DNA from: Octopus sinensis
Lineage: Eukaryota
Length of the DNA: 64,000 bases
Reading direction: 5' to 3'
Assembly (NCBI RefSeq): GCF_006345805.1
Contig: NC_043008.1
Coordinates: 5,766,001 to 5,830,000 of the forward strand
The notes beneath the pieces are model-generated. The model was not told the origin of the DNA and did no database searches. It was given only the letters and a program-made list of their open reading frames with translations. The position numbers were made by a program, and so were the translations under genes. How positions within the stretch are numbered: position 1 is the stretch's first letter; each line of letters starts with the position of its first letter. Shown here piece after piece: positions 25,540 to 39,261 of the stretch.

Positions 25540-26368
25540 GCCAGCCTATTCGCTGTGTTGACTTTTGACGAGTCGAACGGGATTTTTTGAGCTGCTTGGC
25601 AGGGGTTGTTAGTGAGTGTTATACCGGCGGAAAAAATGTATTCAGACCTTAGCGAGTATGAGCTGTCATCAGCGGAGGAGGAGCTCGTTAAGGTGGTAAA
25701 CAGAATGGACGAGCATTTGGAAAGAGTAAAGAATTTTGCTGAGGCTGCAGAGGTGAAGAAAAAGGAGGTGGACCTAGCCGGACTGAAGGAGCTGAGTAAG
25801 ATGACACAGAAGGCGAGCGGTGAGGTAAAGTTATTACTCCCGAAAAGGGTTATGGAAAATATGGAAAAGAAAACCATTACCTACAAGGTGTACTCAGTGG
25901 AGAGTAGGAAGGTGGAGCGGATGGAGATGGAAAAATTAAAAAAGCACTGAAGGGGCTTTCGAAGGAAGTGACATACATAGCGAAAGGAAATGGATATGGG
26001 ACAGTGGTTGTCCAGTTTAGGACAGCGGAGGAGACAAAGAAGCTGGTGAGTGCAACTGTAAAAACGGAGGAGGTAGTACTTCTACTCACGTACGTTGGAA
26101 AAAAGACTTCTAAAGTGAGAGTAGAAGGAAATCCACCCGATATACAAGTGGCTTGGGTTGCTGCAGCCGTCCTCGTTGGAAGTGAGGAAGAGGTGGCTGT
26201 CCTCCAAGACACGGAAACGGAGGACGGAGGATGGAGAGTAAAAACACTGGACCTCCTTATACAGGCAGAGGAGAGGCATTTGGAGAGTTTGGCGGAGACG
26301 GTGACGTTGGGAGAGATTGTGTTGAGAGTGTGGGTGGAGGGCAGAATCCCACGATGTTTTAAATGTGG
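25540..26368 (+). pseudogene. LINE ORF1-like (coiled coil, RRM-like, start of CCHC knuckle), split by one frameshift and truncated
   Basis: ORFs 25606-25950 and 25968-26405 join by a -1 shift in the A-run at 25931-25944. The protein ends RVWVEGRIPRCFKCG where a SINE B fragment begins. Confidence 0.6.
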
Positions 26369-26369
26369 C

Positions 26370-26520
26370 CCAGTGTTCAACTGGTACTCATTTTATCGAC
26401 GCTGAAATGATGAACAGTAAAGTCGACCTCGGCGGAAGTTGAATTCTAAACGTTCAAAAAGGGATGGAATGAGGCTGAGTACACTAATGATTCTGAGAGT
26501 CCGCAGCCTTAAATACCAAC
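26370..26520 (-). mobile_element. SINE family B fragment
   Basis: ccagtgttcaactggtactcattttatcgac...aaagtcgacctcggcggaa. Confidence 0.8.
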
Positions 26521-27695
26521 TCGTCAACTAACTATTATAAGCAATATATAATATCTATGCAGATGTATATAAAATGTAACTTTGTTATAATTCCTGGAGA
26601 CGAATATACGAATTTAAAATCGTATGCGTCCTAAAACTTGTAGCAAAACGTTATTGAAACACATAACGCTTAATGTACAAGTTCAGAAATTTCAGAAAAC
26701 ATACAAGATCACCCATCTAACCGACCAATGTACATATATGTCTGGAATCATTAAACGTTGAATGGATGTTGTTACTAAGCAAAGCCATTCAAATAAGAGA
26801 GAGATGTGTTTATTTTCTAAATATCTTACTGGTTCCTGCTGAGAAACTGCTATTAGAACAATAGCGGATAATTTTAAAAATAAATTGGTTAAATTATATT
26901 TATACTCTCTCCTTTCGACAATAATTTATATAATTGTTATTTAGTGTGAGCTGGTGTGGAGATACGTGATGAATCTTCTGCAAACTGATTGAGCGTTAAA
27001 GTTGAGAGATTTACTTGGCAGACGATATGTTTGCAATGCACCCTTCCTCCATAAAGCTTTCCTTTTGTACACAATACACCGTTTTAACAAATTATTCAAA
27101 GATCTGAATGTATATTTGCTAAGAAATAATCAAATTGATGAACCTCAAGAAAAATCTACGATTAATTGTTAATGGAGACACTATTGTAAGACAAAACGAG
27201 CCAGTGTACGTACTGTGTGGTATAACTGTGTTTGTATAGATGGCGTTGCAGTTGTTGGTATTTGCAGTGGTGACCCGCAGAGTTTCATGTTTAAAGAAAT
27301 AATGCATTTATTATAAGAAGTAATTATATTTAACTTTCCCATTTATCCATGAAATTACCCGAAGAGCTGAACGTTTTATTTCTCATTCTACACATTGCTT
27401 TTGTTCCTCTATTGATGTTATTGAAGTAAAAAAAAAAAAATTCTTTCAAAGATTTGTGAGGGGATTTTATTAGAAACTTAATATGCTGCAACATATTTTT
27501 GGAAAATTGTCTACAAATCGTGATTTCTAAAAAGAATAGAATTCTAAATTTATAAAGTGAATGGTAAAATAGTTCAAGTGTTACAAGATTTGGAATTGTT
27601 AAAAATTACACACACTTACCAAACTGCTTTCATTCATTCATTCATTCTTTCTTTCTCTCTCGCTATTTCTTTCTTTCTTCCTTTCTTTCTTTCTT

Positions 27696-27746
<51 letters not shown>

Positions 27747-28149
27747 ATACACAAATTAAACATTTATACACACACACATGTATTTGTATGCATGTGTGTG
27801 CGTCATTGTTCAGTTTTATTTCAAGATTTCTTGCCAATAGAGAAAGAACCGGTTTCTAACCTAGATTCAAGGCTCCTTCATTGGAATTTCAACAGCAATA
27901 ACAGATTTTTGTATGTATGTATGTATGTATGTATGTATGTATGTATGTATGTATGTATGTATGTATTTATGTATGTATGTATGCATGTATGTATGTATGT
28001 ATGTATGTATGTATGTACGTACGTACGTATGTATGTATGTATGTATATTTATTATTGCACTATTATTGGAATGAATCTCATTAATTCCAATTATTATTAT
28101 TGCTACTGCTAGTACAATCATTATTACCGTTATTATTGCCTTCCCCACC

Positions 28150-28375
28150 GAAGGCAGTGAGCTGGCAGAATCGTTAGCACGCCAGGAAAAATGCTTAGCG
28201 GCATTTTGTCCGTCTTAACGTTCTGAGATCGAATGCCACCAAGGTCGACTTTGCCTTTCATCCACTCGGAATCGATAAAATAAGTACCAGTTACGCACTA
28301 AGGTCGATGTAATCGATTCAGCTCCTCCCCCGAAAACTGCTGGCCTTGTGCTAAAATGTGAAACCATTATTACCA
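28150..28375 (+). mobile_element. SINE family B
   Basis: gagctggcagaatcgttagcacg...gtcgactttgcctttcatcc...aagtaccag. Confidence 0.88.
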
Positions 28376-29159
28376 TCCCCACTAATATTACCATCATGAT
28401 TTCCATTGCTGAGACCACTGCATTGATACTGGAAGCAAATAGACACAGATGTACAAAGAAATATATAACCATGTGGGCATTACGAGTAAGTGTAATAATT
28501 AGTTGGCAGTGTTGTAAATAGGGGACGTGAGGGTAGGGATATAATTAGTAGAAATTATTATTGCTATTAATTATATAATATAATAGTACTAATAGTGATA
28601 ATAATTGATAATTGATAGCGATGTGCGTGACAATAACAATGTAGATATTCTCATTTCCATCAGTGAACGTCTTCGGTGAGAGCAAATTTGGTTTCTGCTG
28701 CCGTTAGAATTTGGCAACGTTCCTTAACAGCTGATCAAGAATTAATTATACATTTATTAATAGTAAATAAAAAAATTAAGAAATGTAAAACGGCGATGAA
28801 TGAAGAAAAATATAAATAAATAAATAATATAAGATTAAATGAAAAAAAAAAGTCAGTAAGCGGTCAGATGTGAACATGTACGTGTGAATGAATTTAGTGA
28901 TGTAGTTAAATGAGAATGTTAAACAGTGTAAGCTGAATTATATGTGGAGATATATACGCTGAAGCAAACTATTAAAATATAGATTTTCAAACGGTTCATA
29001 TGACTGTAAAGACCGCTTAATAGGACATCTAAGAGCAAATGGAGTCGGCAGAGAAGAAGAATGTGCCAAGACACAAGGTGAAGACCAGAAAGATTTTGAT
29101 GCTCAGCTCTTGAGGTGAACTCAGGAAACGTGGCATTATAAAGGCAATATTAAACGCTT

Positions 29160-29360
29160 TGTAAGGCGGCGAGCTGGCAGAAACGTTAGCACGCAGGGCG
29201 ATAATGCTTAGCGGTATTTCGTCTGCCGTTACGTTCTGAGTTCAAATTCCACCAAGGTCGACTTTGCCTTTCATCCTTTCGGGGTCGATTAAATAAGTAA
29301 CAGTTACGCACTGGGGGTCAATATAATCGACTTAATCCGTTTGTCTGTCCTTGTTTGTCT
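29160..29360 (+). mobile_element. SINE family B
   Basis: Close match to 18308-18518 and 18957-19190. Confidence 0.9.
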
Positions 29361-29477
29361 TGTAATTCTCATTTTCTGGTTAGTGCTCACGTTATTTTTC
29401 TGTTGTTTTGAATCCACACACTCGGTTAACATCCCAATCATCATCATCATCATTATCATCATTCTTATTGTTATCAA

Positions 29478-29645
29478 GACGGCAAGCTGGCAGAACCGTT
29501 AGCACTTCGGCCAAAATGTTTGGCAGTACATTCTGAGTTCAGATTTCCCCGAGGTCAACACTGCCTTTCATGTTATCGGTGTCAATCAAATAAGTACCTC
29601 TCTCCCAAAATTTTAAACCTTGTGCCGATAATAGAAATGATTATC
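29478..29645 (+). mobile_element. SINE family B, diverged
   Basis: aagctggcagaaccgttagcac...ttctgagttcagatttcc...aataagtacc. Confidence 0.75.
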
Positions 29646-30697
29646 ATTATTGTAATTGTGTCTCTATATAATGTTCCCAATGATAACTTTATCCGGTAAA
29701 TTTGGGCTTAATCTCCCACTTTGTGAGGATTCACCTAACCCAGAGTATATCGTTTTGTCATTCATTGAAATCACTTGAAAAGTAGGTTTATTCATCACAT
29801 TTCTGACGGTATTCCATTTCACGTTTAACCGTTTCTCCTTCCAATAATAATACTTGATATTATTTCCTGTCCAAATTCGTCTGGATCTCTCGACCTACAA
29901 ATGTTCAAAAAGACCTTCAAGTACATCAAACGTCGCGCAACCTCCTCGTATATAAAATATGATTATTTTATATATATATTTTATATATTATTAACTCATA
30001 TATAAAATATACAAGAATCTGAAATAGATGCGTTGATTTAACTTAGACACAGAGAGTTATTTTTCACGTAACTAACGCGTTTAATTATCCGCTGCTTTCA
30101 AGCATCCACATAGAAAAAAAACCCAAAACATTTATTCTTTGAATGCAAGCATTGAGGATAATGATATCTGTTAACTATCATCGATATTCAAACCCAGTTT
30201 CAAAAAATAAATGATTCTGTTAGAAGTTATGAAATTACCGTGTCATTTTTTTTTTACTTATTCACTCATCAATCAATTTAAGAAAAACTCAGTTTATATC
30301 GATAAGTATTTTATAAACTTGACTTACATTTACACATTTAGGACAATAAAGATTTCATTAAGATCGCAATATGTTCTTCATATCCAAGCAAAAGGAAGTA
30401 AATTTATTTCAGTAATTTAGTTAGAGGGGAATGTACTGAAGACGTACGCAAAAGCAAAAAAAATTATTAATGAAGCACATTTATTCGTTTTAGCACATTC
30501 AGGAGAAAATTTATACGACGAAAAGTTCATTCACATTCAAAATAAGATATTGTTTGGTTGAGCATCTCATTACATTTAATATGTGGTAGACTGCGTCCCC
30601 TCCCCAGGCCAACTGTATATAACTCTTATTGTCTATCTCCACCAATCTTCATGACTAGCAAATATCTTTTTTTAAGTGCACACACACACACATACAC

Positions 30698-30786
30698 ACA
30701 TTGACAATAACTGAAGTTTCGGCCAGCTAAGCCGTCATCAGACCGTCCGATGATTGCTAAGCTGGCCGAAACTTCGAAGTCAATGT
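30698..30786. ncRNA. Head-to-head inverted pair of hammerhead motifs
   Basis: Minus: CUGAUGA-C-GGC uuagcug GCC-GAAAC. Plus: CCGAUGA uugc uaagcug GCC-GAAAC-UUCGAA-GUC. Outer arms acattgac / gtcaatgt. Confidence 0.65.
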
Positions 30787-30818
30787 TAATACTATTCTTC
30801 TTAAAGATTAACTTGTAA

Positions 30819-30890
<72 letters not shown>

Positions 30891-31093
30891 CTACCAATAC
30901 ATTCTCAAATTTTCATTCACACCACAAAACCCTTTCGAACAAGCAACACTGATTCCACGGCTCCATACTTTGAACTGACTAAACATGTACAGGAAACTAT
31001 ATATGTGGAGATTATACGCTGAAGCAAACTATTAAAATATACATTTTCATATGACTGTAAAGATCGCTTGTACACACACAACACACACACACA

Positions 31094-31172
<79 letters not shown>

Positions 31173-32385
31173 AGGTGAACTATAAAAATAAAATTTATTT
31201 AACTACTTGTGATTCTAGAAGCGTCCATTAAATTTACGAAGAAGTAAACTTGTAGAGTCGATAGATCATTGGATAAAATGCCTCACGATGCTCGTCCTGT
31301 TCGTTGCGTTCTGAGGTAAAGTGCTGCCACAATAGAACTATGCATACCATTTCGAAAGACTCAAATACATTGTTGAAATTTTGACGGATTAGATCCAATC
31401 CAGGAAGAAAGAGATCGTGAAGAATAGCTCCCTAGTTCTAGTAGTACCAGGGACAAAAATTTTCTCTGGGTTTTACCGATAATTCAAAGGTTCACTTTCA
31501 TTTCAGTATTGTGCTGATCGTCGAATGATAATTACATTAATTGTACAAGTCTGTAGAATACTCATTTCCTTATGGATTAAGGATTAATTTCTTGAGTAGC
31601 AATTTAGTCGGTCAAACAACCAGATACTCATCGTCGAGACCGACGAAATATCCATCACTAAAGCTTACCACAAAACCTGTTTAAAATCGAGATGGGAAAC
31701 TTTAATATAACACGATATATAGGACAGTTATAATTTGTTACAAGACAATGTCGTTTCTATGTACCAGCGCAAAAATGTCAAAAGACACGTTAAACGAAGC
31801 CACTTTCTTACTTTGGGAGATTACTGCCAAATGCTTGGAATGTTCTTAATTGATTTTTGCAAATTTCAAACTCGTAACTTTTATCTTTAAAAGAAGTTTA
31901 AAAAAATGTTTTCTTTGATCTACAAAAATGCTAATTGGAGAAACGGAAAGATCAGAAGTAAATGTTTTGCTTAGTTCTAAGAAATAGGTAGAAATGTATT
32001 CAATAGATCTCTGCTTAGAAGTTCTGTCAAATGAGGAAAGCGTAACTAATACACAGAAGACTTACCATAAATTCGGACCAAATTGGATTGATATTATCAG
32101 GCGGCTATAAAATTTTTGTATTGTTGTTGCGAAAATTTGATACACTTGTCTGAATTCTTTTCTTTTATCGGTCATATATGAACTTTCAAAGACTTACAAA
32201 TTTGTTGATAAAGATGATCATAAACTATAGGTGGGAGTAAAATTTTAATGATTTTCTACACAAGTAGAAATTTCATTGCCAAATATATATCTATTTCCAG
32301 AGAAAGGCAAACTCACCCACTTTGATATACGTATATGAATTTATATATATATATATACATACAAACATACAGACACACACACACA

Positions 32386-32457
<72 letters not shown>

Positions 32458-32557
32458 TATACAGACATGACAGACGTAAATAGACACACTGTAAAACATC
32501 GTTTTATGTTTATTCTAGCATTTTTATGTTTCAAGTTCTATACGTGACTGTTTAATG

Positions 32558-32705
32558 ATGCCACGTTCAAGAGAAGCCTTGGAACTGTCTGAATTTTAAA
32601 GAGGCCGTATTGTGGGTCCTTCGCAGAAAACCTTGGGTTCCCGCTTTCTACAGTTAATAGAATAATTGTGCAATTCACCAGAGAGAGGAAGGAGTCCACA
32701 TCGCA
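32558..32705 (+). mobile_element. Tc1-like transposase N-terminal fragment
   Basis: MPRSRE...LSEF..RGRIVG and LGFPLSTVNRII resemble the Tc1 paired-like HTH start. Confidence 0.6.
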
Positions 32706-32742
32706 ATATCATATCCGTTATTTAGATATATATTGATCGATA

Positions 32743-33332
32743 TATCGGGCAACTAAGTTCCTGCTGTTTTATTAAATTAAAATTATTTAAAAGATTGATT
32801 TGATTGATTGATTGATTTTAGTTTCAGCTTATGAGCTGTGGCCATGCTGGGGCACCGCCATTTGGTGTTGCTACATGGTTTTACTTCACGAAAGCTTTTT
32901 AGCAACTGCCATTTGGTGCATGAGAGAGTTCGATGCAGCTGCCCTCATCTGCACCTCCTGCCGTGAAGTTGGTTCATCTGGGACACCTGACAGGAAGAGA
33001 TCCCGTTTCATTTTAAAGACATCTGCATCCACCCCATGCAGGTCTCTCAGGTTCTTCGGGAGGATATTGAAGAGCTGTGGGCCTCGGAATCCCAGGCTAT
33101 CACAGTATCTTGTCCTACATCTTGATGGCAAATTTGGAGTCCTAGGCACCACGCAGTGGCGCCCAGTTCTGGCATTTGTGTAACTCTCGATGCCAAAGTT
33201 TGGGACACGTCCCTCCAGGATCTTCCAGATGTATATTATGGCATTAAAAAATAACAACTAATTAATCATAACGTAACGTCTAGGAAATTCCAAAATTAAA
33301 AAAAACGGCGGGAACTTAGTTGCTAACCCAAT
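32743..33332. mobile_element. mariner-type MITE interrupted by a LINE
   Basis: TIRs gcaactaagttcctgctgtttt / aaaaacggcgggaacttagttgc flank the LINE insertion. Confidence 0.65.
32793..33250 (-). mobile_element. CR1/L2-group LINE 3' fragment with (TCAA)n tail
   Basis: IIYIWKILEGRVPNFGI...LGFRGPQLFNILPKNLRDL...FLSGVPDEP; homologous to 53480-54100. Confidence 0.88.
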
Positions 33333-34003
33333 GTATGTATGTATGTATGTATGTATGTATGTATGCGTGTGTGTATGTGTGTATACACATACACACACAA
33401 ATATAATGAGTAGAGCACTACTTGGGATTCGGTTATCGAATTTTTATTTGTTTTAACATCATAAATCTTTTCCAGCGTTTCATTTGTTTATACTAGTATG
33501 CTACGACAGATGCTTCCATAATCCTTCTGTAACGCCAGATCACGAAGAGAATATAGTAATTTATTCCACTTTTGGTTATCAACATCAATCTGTAGGCAGA
33601 CGTTTACTGAGAACTGTGCATCTATTCATTAATCTTTTCTTTTTATATATATAAACGGTCGCTTTAAAAAATAATTTTACTATTTTATTTTATCGATGAG
33701 ATAAAGAGATAAAGGGCAAGAGAGATTGGTTCTCAGTGCAGCCAGGGTACCTGCGGGAAGAAAATAGATCCGGATCATGAATTTATCTTATCAAAGGAAT
33801 TCACAAGTTACCGGTGATGCGATGTATGTTTTAGAAGCTACTTCCTGTAAAATGTGACTACACACTTTTATTTACGCATACACTTATACAATTATATAAG
33901 TAGAGTTATTTCAAGTACTTCCTCATATGTTTACATACACAGTTCGTTTCCACCGTTACGAATTTTTCGTTTGATATGTGTGTATGTGTTATATATATAT
34001 ATA

Positions 34004-34077
<74 letters not shown>

Positions 34078-34097
34078 TGTGTATGTATATATATATG

Positions 34098-34135
<38 letters not shown>

Positions 34136-34154
34136 ATATATGTTATATATATAG

Positions 34155-34185
<31 letters not shown>

Positions 34186-34195
34186 ATATACATAC

Positions 34196-34287
<92 letters not shown>

Positions 34288-34289
<2 letters not shown>

Positions 34290-34603
34290 AGGCGCAATGA
34301 CCCAGTGGTTAGGGCAGCGGACTCGCGGTCGTAGGATCGCGGTTTCGTTTCCCAGACCGGGCGCTGTGAGTGTTTAATGAGTGAAAAGACCTAAAGCTCC
34401 ACGAGGCTCCGGCAGGGGTGGTGGTGGTGGTGGCGACCCCTGTTGTACTCTTTCGCCACAGCTTTCTCTTGCTCTTTCTTCTGTTGACCTGCTCGCTTAG
34501 CCGTGGGATGGCGTCATTTGAAGGCTAACACAATGCGAAGCGCATTGTGACCAGCGATGTGTAGCAACATCTGATAGTCTGGTTAGTCACGGTGATCACG
34601 GTG

Positions 34604-34605
<2 letters not shown>
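34288..34605 (+). mobile_element. SINE family C, tail type 4 (RTE-like tail)
   Basis: Same head/body as 21721; tail aatgcgaagcgcattgtgaccagcgatgtgtagcaacatctgatag...tcacggtgatcacggtgat. Confidence 0.88.
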
Positions 34606-34634
<29 letters not shown>

Positions 34635-36469
34635 ATATTATATATATATGTATATATATATATATAATACATATTATATTTCAAGCCCCAGAATTTGATC
34701 CTCCTCTAAAACATACAATTAATTTCAAAGATATTTCTATAGAACAGAGAACAGTAGAAATCTCTCCACATACATATGCAATATATTTTTTCATACAGTC
34801 CTTCCAATATAAATTAGTATTCATGTACGTTTACCACCTGCATCCCCCAGACGTATTCAACACCAACTTTTCCTTATGAAAAAGTCTAAAACCTTTATCT
34901 ACCACACAATAGCGAACAACTTAGTCTGTGGGTGAAACTCTGGGGACACTATCAACTTTTGACATATATATATATATATATATAGCGTGTATTATATATT
35001 TAGTACACATATATAATACATACAATATAAGATCAAAAATTAATATTTGAGATATACACATAATTATGTCAGTTCGCATATGTATGTATTGTATACAAAT
35101 ACATAGATATGTATAACGGTATAAATGTCTAAATGAATTTATGAATATATATTCTGAAATGTATCTAGGTGTGTATATGTGTATATCTGTGTCTATATAT
35201 ATGCACACGTGACAGTGTACGTACGTCTCTGTGTGTAGACTCAGAAATATGTTTATTTGAATAGAAACATATGTATATATATATATGTATGTATATATAC
35301 CTCTTATGCGTGCTTATTATCATAAATAATACATTTATATAATATCGTACACATGCAGATACGCAAGCGGGGCTTCCTTCCGGTAAAATTTTTAGTTCAA
35401 TAGATTATCAATTTAATATTGATTTTAAAATATGATAGTATTATATTTTTTGCTTCTTTTAAATTTTATAATGTTTGGCAAATTTCCAGACATCTAAAGA
35501 TTTTTGCAATGAGCCAGGAAAGAAAATTTACATACAAACACAGGAAAGCAAATAAATATACTTACACACAAATACACACAAATACATACACATACACATG
35601 CATACACACGCAGAAACACAAGCACACTCTTAGATATAAATTTACAAATACATGTGTATTGAAATTGTGAAATATAGTCAAAGCCACAAAGCCAGATACA
35701 AATAAGTATATAACTGTGCGTATGTAAGTAGTCTGTTTTAGGGTATGTATGTATTTTCCACAAGAAAATTAATATTAACGCGTACACAAGCCGATTACAA
35801 ATATATTCAGCATACAGTTGAGAATCGTATTCATATTACAATTTATATCTTTATAATAAAATTAAAAACTCGCAAGAAATCGGTAAGTAATATGGTGTGG
35901 GAACTTGAAAGAAACTGCAAAAATATAAACCGCACGTTCGGTTGAGTGGAGATGTCGTGTCGTTGCGTAGGTACATCAACAAAGCGCCACCTCTCAGGCG
36001 TTAAACTTGGGGAAAATAATACATCAGTGATTTATAAAGTGTAGAGAAGCCTTTATAGTATATATATATATATATATATATATATAGGAGAGAATCACTA
36101 ACGATGAAGGTAAGTAATATATCCCTCAAAAGCAGCTTCCTCTAGTTGTTATGGTAGCTGCAAGATGAGAGAACAGGAAAATACATCAAGATGTGGGCCT
36201 AAATAATTTGATAGCGTCACCGATTGGAAAATCGGTGGCACTGAAGTAAGAAGTTTGTTGTAAGATACGGAAATCATTATGTTATTGTGTTGATAGCTCA
36301 GAAGTGAATGGCCTTCGGTATAAAGTGTAAGTAAAGTATACACAAATATTTATGTATAAAACTTTATTCACACACACACACACATACACACACACACATG
36401 TATGTAGATAAGTGTCTGTGTGTATGTATGAATGTATGTGTTCGTTTTTGTTTGTTCCTATCCTCCTTA

Positions 36470-36630
36470 CTGCTTGTCTACTGGTGGTGGTTTCCTTACA
36501 TTCTCTTAATGTAGCGGTTTCGCAAATGAGTCAAATAGTATAAGCACCAGGTTTTAAAATATTAGTACTGGGGGACGATTTGTTCGACTAAAATCCTTCA
36601 AGTCAGTGCCTCCGCGTGGATGCTCTCCAA
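36470..36630 (+). mobile_element. SINE family A, 3' fragment
   Basis: gtagcggtttcgcaaa...ataagcaccagg...ttgttcgactaaa...aatgactgaaataagtg. Confidence 0.65.
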
Positions 36631-37099
36631 TGACTGAAATAAGTGAAAGAATGGTATATACATATATACATACACACACACACACACATATTTGTGTGCG
36701 TGTATACATGCATACATACATACATACATCCATACATACATACATACATACATACATGCATGCATACATACATACATACATACATACATACATACACATA
36801 CATACATGCATGCATACATACAAAATGGCGGTGCCCCAGCATGGCCACAGCTCATTAGCTGAAACTGGAAAAATCAAAAAAATCAATACATACATACATA
36901 TATATTTATATTTTGTTCACATCACTTTCCATTATTGTTATTTCAATGCCACACACTCTGTTAATATCCCAATGCACTTTTTGCTTACACAGTCATACTT
37001 GCGATTATACTCTTTTTGTGTTAGCTTAGTGCACTCATTCAAGAGATGATTAATAGTTTCTCCCCTTTTCCTGCAGATTGTATATTTGATGCCTGAGTT

Positions 37100-38455
37100 G
37101 TGTCGATCTTTGCCTTTAACGGATTTGTCCTAATGGTTTGTTCCTGAGCGACTATAATTAGCGTTTCGTTGTCTCGTTTCAGGTTTCATTCCTTCAGTCA
37201 GAACCATTTTCCTTCACTTCTAACATTCTCGGTTTGATACGTGAATTGACCATGAGATTCTATTTCTTTCTGTCTATTTGCTCTGTTGTCTTTCCTTCTG
37301 TTCGCGAAACCTCTTACTTTTTCTGAAGCTTCTTGGGTGTCTCTAGATACCGATAGTATTCTTTCTTCATTCCTCTCAACAGAAATTTTCAACCACAATG
37401 TCGCAGTACATGTTTTTGTTTTTGTTTAGGAATCCCCTGCCCGCATAACTTTTTCACATGAAGAGTCTGTCGTTATTACTTTAGGGTGGTGTGTGCTGTG
37501 TATCGTGAGCAGTTTTCAAGATCGTCTGTCCAAGTACCGTCGCTCGATCTTTGTTCATTTTCAGAAAGGCAGCAGAACATCTCAGTATTGGCATAGCTCA
37601 CGTATTTATTACTTTAATGATATTCCCTCCATTTAATTTTGTTTCGAGTACCGTCTTAATTCTCCTCTTGTGCTCTTTAGAGATGTTCCCTCTCCTTTCT
37701 CCCATTTTCCTTGCAGTTCCTAGGTATTTTCATCCCTCATTATTCCACAGCAATCAAATGGTCTTAACTTGCGGTAATTTTATGCAAGCAATATTTTATC
37801 TTACGGTCTCTCTTCATAATTAGCGCAGTGCACTTATTTACCACAAACTGCATCTCGATATTCTTCCTGAATACTCTCACAGTCTGAATGAGAAAATCGA
37901 AGTCTTTCTTATTTTCTGAATATATAAGGCAAGTAATTTTTTTTTCCATTTTGATTTCGGTAACCTCATAAGCAGGCCTGGATTTTTTCAGCATATCTAT
38001 CAGAGAGATTACGCAATGACAAAAGTAGCGGTGAGAACGAATCTCTTTGGAAAACCCCCGGCTTGTTTTCATATTTCCTAGCGATTCATTTGCACATGTC
38101 ATCTCTATTTCCCGCCTTCACATTGCTTTTTCCAAAAATCTATTTATCTTCTCATTGACTCCGAGTGTCCTCAGGCATCCCAAGAGCCAGCAGCGTGGAA
38201 CATTGTCGTAAGCCTTCCTGTAACCTATCCAGCCAACATTTAAATTCTTCTTTCTTACTCGTACATCATTTAATATCCTGCTGTCCATATACACAGCAGA
38301 TCAGCAGTTTTTCCTTTTTTTCTGCTTCACTTTTGCTCCTCTGGCAATAAATTCTCCTTTTCCTGAAAGCAATAATATATTCCATCTGCTATGGGAATAG
38401 CTAATAACTTCCCGAGTAATGGTAAACGTGTAATATATCTATAATTAGTGACATT
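37100..38455 (-). mobile_element. R4/Dong-clade LINE reverse transcriptase fragment
   Basis: Minus: ITRLPLLGKLL...NLLPEEQK, WIGYRKAYDNVP and LIQTVRVFRKNIEMQFVVNKC are R4-type RT motifs; degenerate. Confidence 0.8.
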
Positions 38456-38525
38456 CCCCATCATCATCATCGTCATCATCATCATCATCATATCATCATC
38501 CTCATCTTCACTACTATTGTTGTTG

Positions 38526-38559
<34 letters not shown>

Positions 38560-38592
38560 TATTATTATTACTATTATTATTATTATTATAGT

Positions 38593-38706
38593 AAGGCAGC
38601 AAGCTGGCAGAATCGATGGCACGGTGGGTAAAATGCTTATTTGCATTTCGTCAGTCTTTGCACTCTGAGTTCAAATTCCGCGGAGGTCGACTTTGCCTTT
38701 CATCAT
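38593..38706 (+). mobile_element. SINE family B, cut by assembly gap
   Basis: aaggcagcaagctggcagaatcg...gttcaaattccgcggaggtcgactttgcctttcatc. Confidence 0.85.
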
Positions 38707-38806
38707 NNNNNNNNNNNNNNNNNNNNNNNNNNNNNNNNNNNNNNNNNNNNNNNNNNNNNNNNNNNNNNNNNNNNNNNNNNNNNNNNNNNNNNNNNNNNNN
38801 NNNNNN
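38707..38806. other. Assembly gap (100 N)
   Basis: Direct reading. Confidence 1.
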
Positions 38807-39054
38807 TACCCAGTTTTGGTTTTAAACTGCACCGCAAAATGTGGGAGTAGTTAGGAATCTAAATCGTAGGAGACAGACACACAACCTCTTTTATATATAA
38901 AGATTAACGTGGGAAATTTGTATTTAAATATTTAGAAGCGGTTTCTTGAAGGAATTTGAAACCATTTCCACGGTTATATTGATCTCTGATTGTCTGAATA
39001 ATGCCACAAGAACTGACCTTCAAACACTTGGTAGAATATTGGTTTCAAATGTTG

Positions 39055-39252
39055 ATACGAGGTCAGCGGTTTCAGGGATGGATGGAAATCGATTATATAG
39101 ACCCCAGTGCTCAACTGATACTTATTTTATGGACTCTGAGAGGACGAACGGCAAAGTCGACCTTGACAGAATTTGAACTTAAAATATAAATACGGACGAA
39201 ATGCCGTTGAGCATTTTGTCCGGCGTGTTAACAATTCTGCCAGCTTGCCGCC
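39055..39252 (-). mobile_element. SINE family B
   Basis: gaccccagtgctcaactgatacttatttt...ggcaaagtcgacc...aatttgaact...ctgccagcttgccgcctt. Confidence 0.85.
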
Positions 39253-39261
39253 TTCATTTTG

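Noticed and set aside
35980-35995. CTCF-like gcgccacctc motif
   Set aside because: Partial match only, no supporting context.
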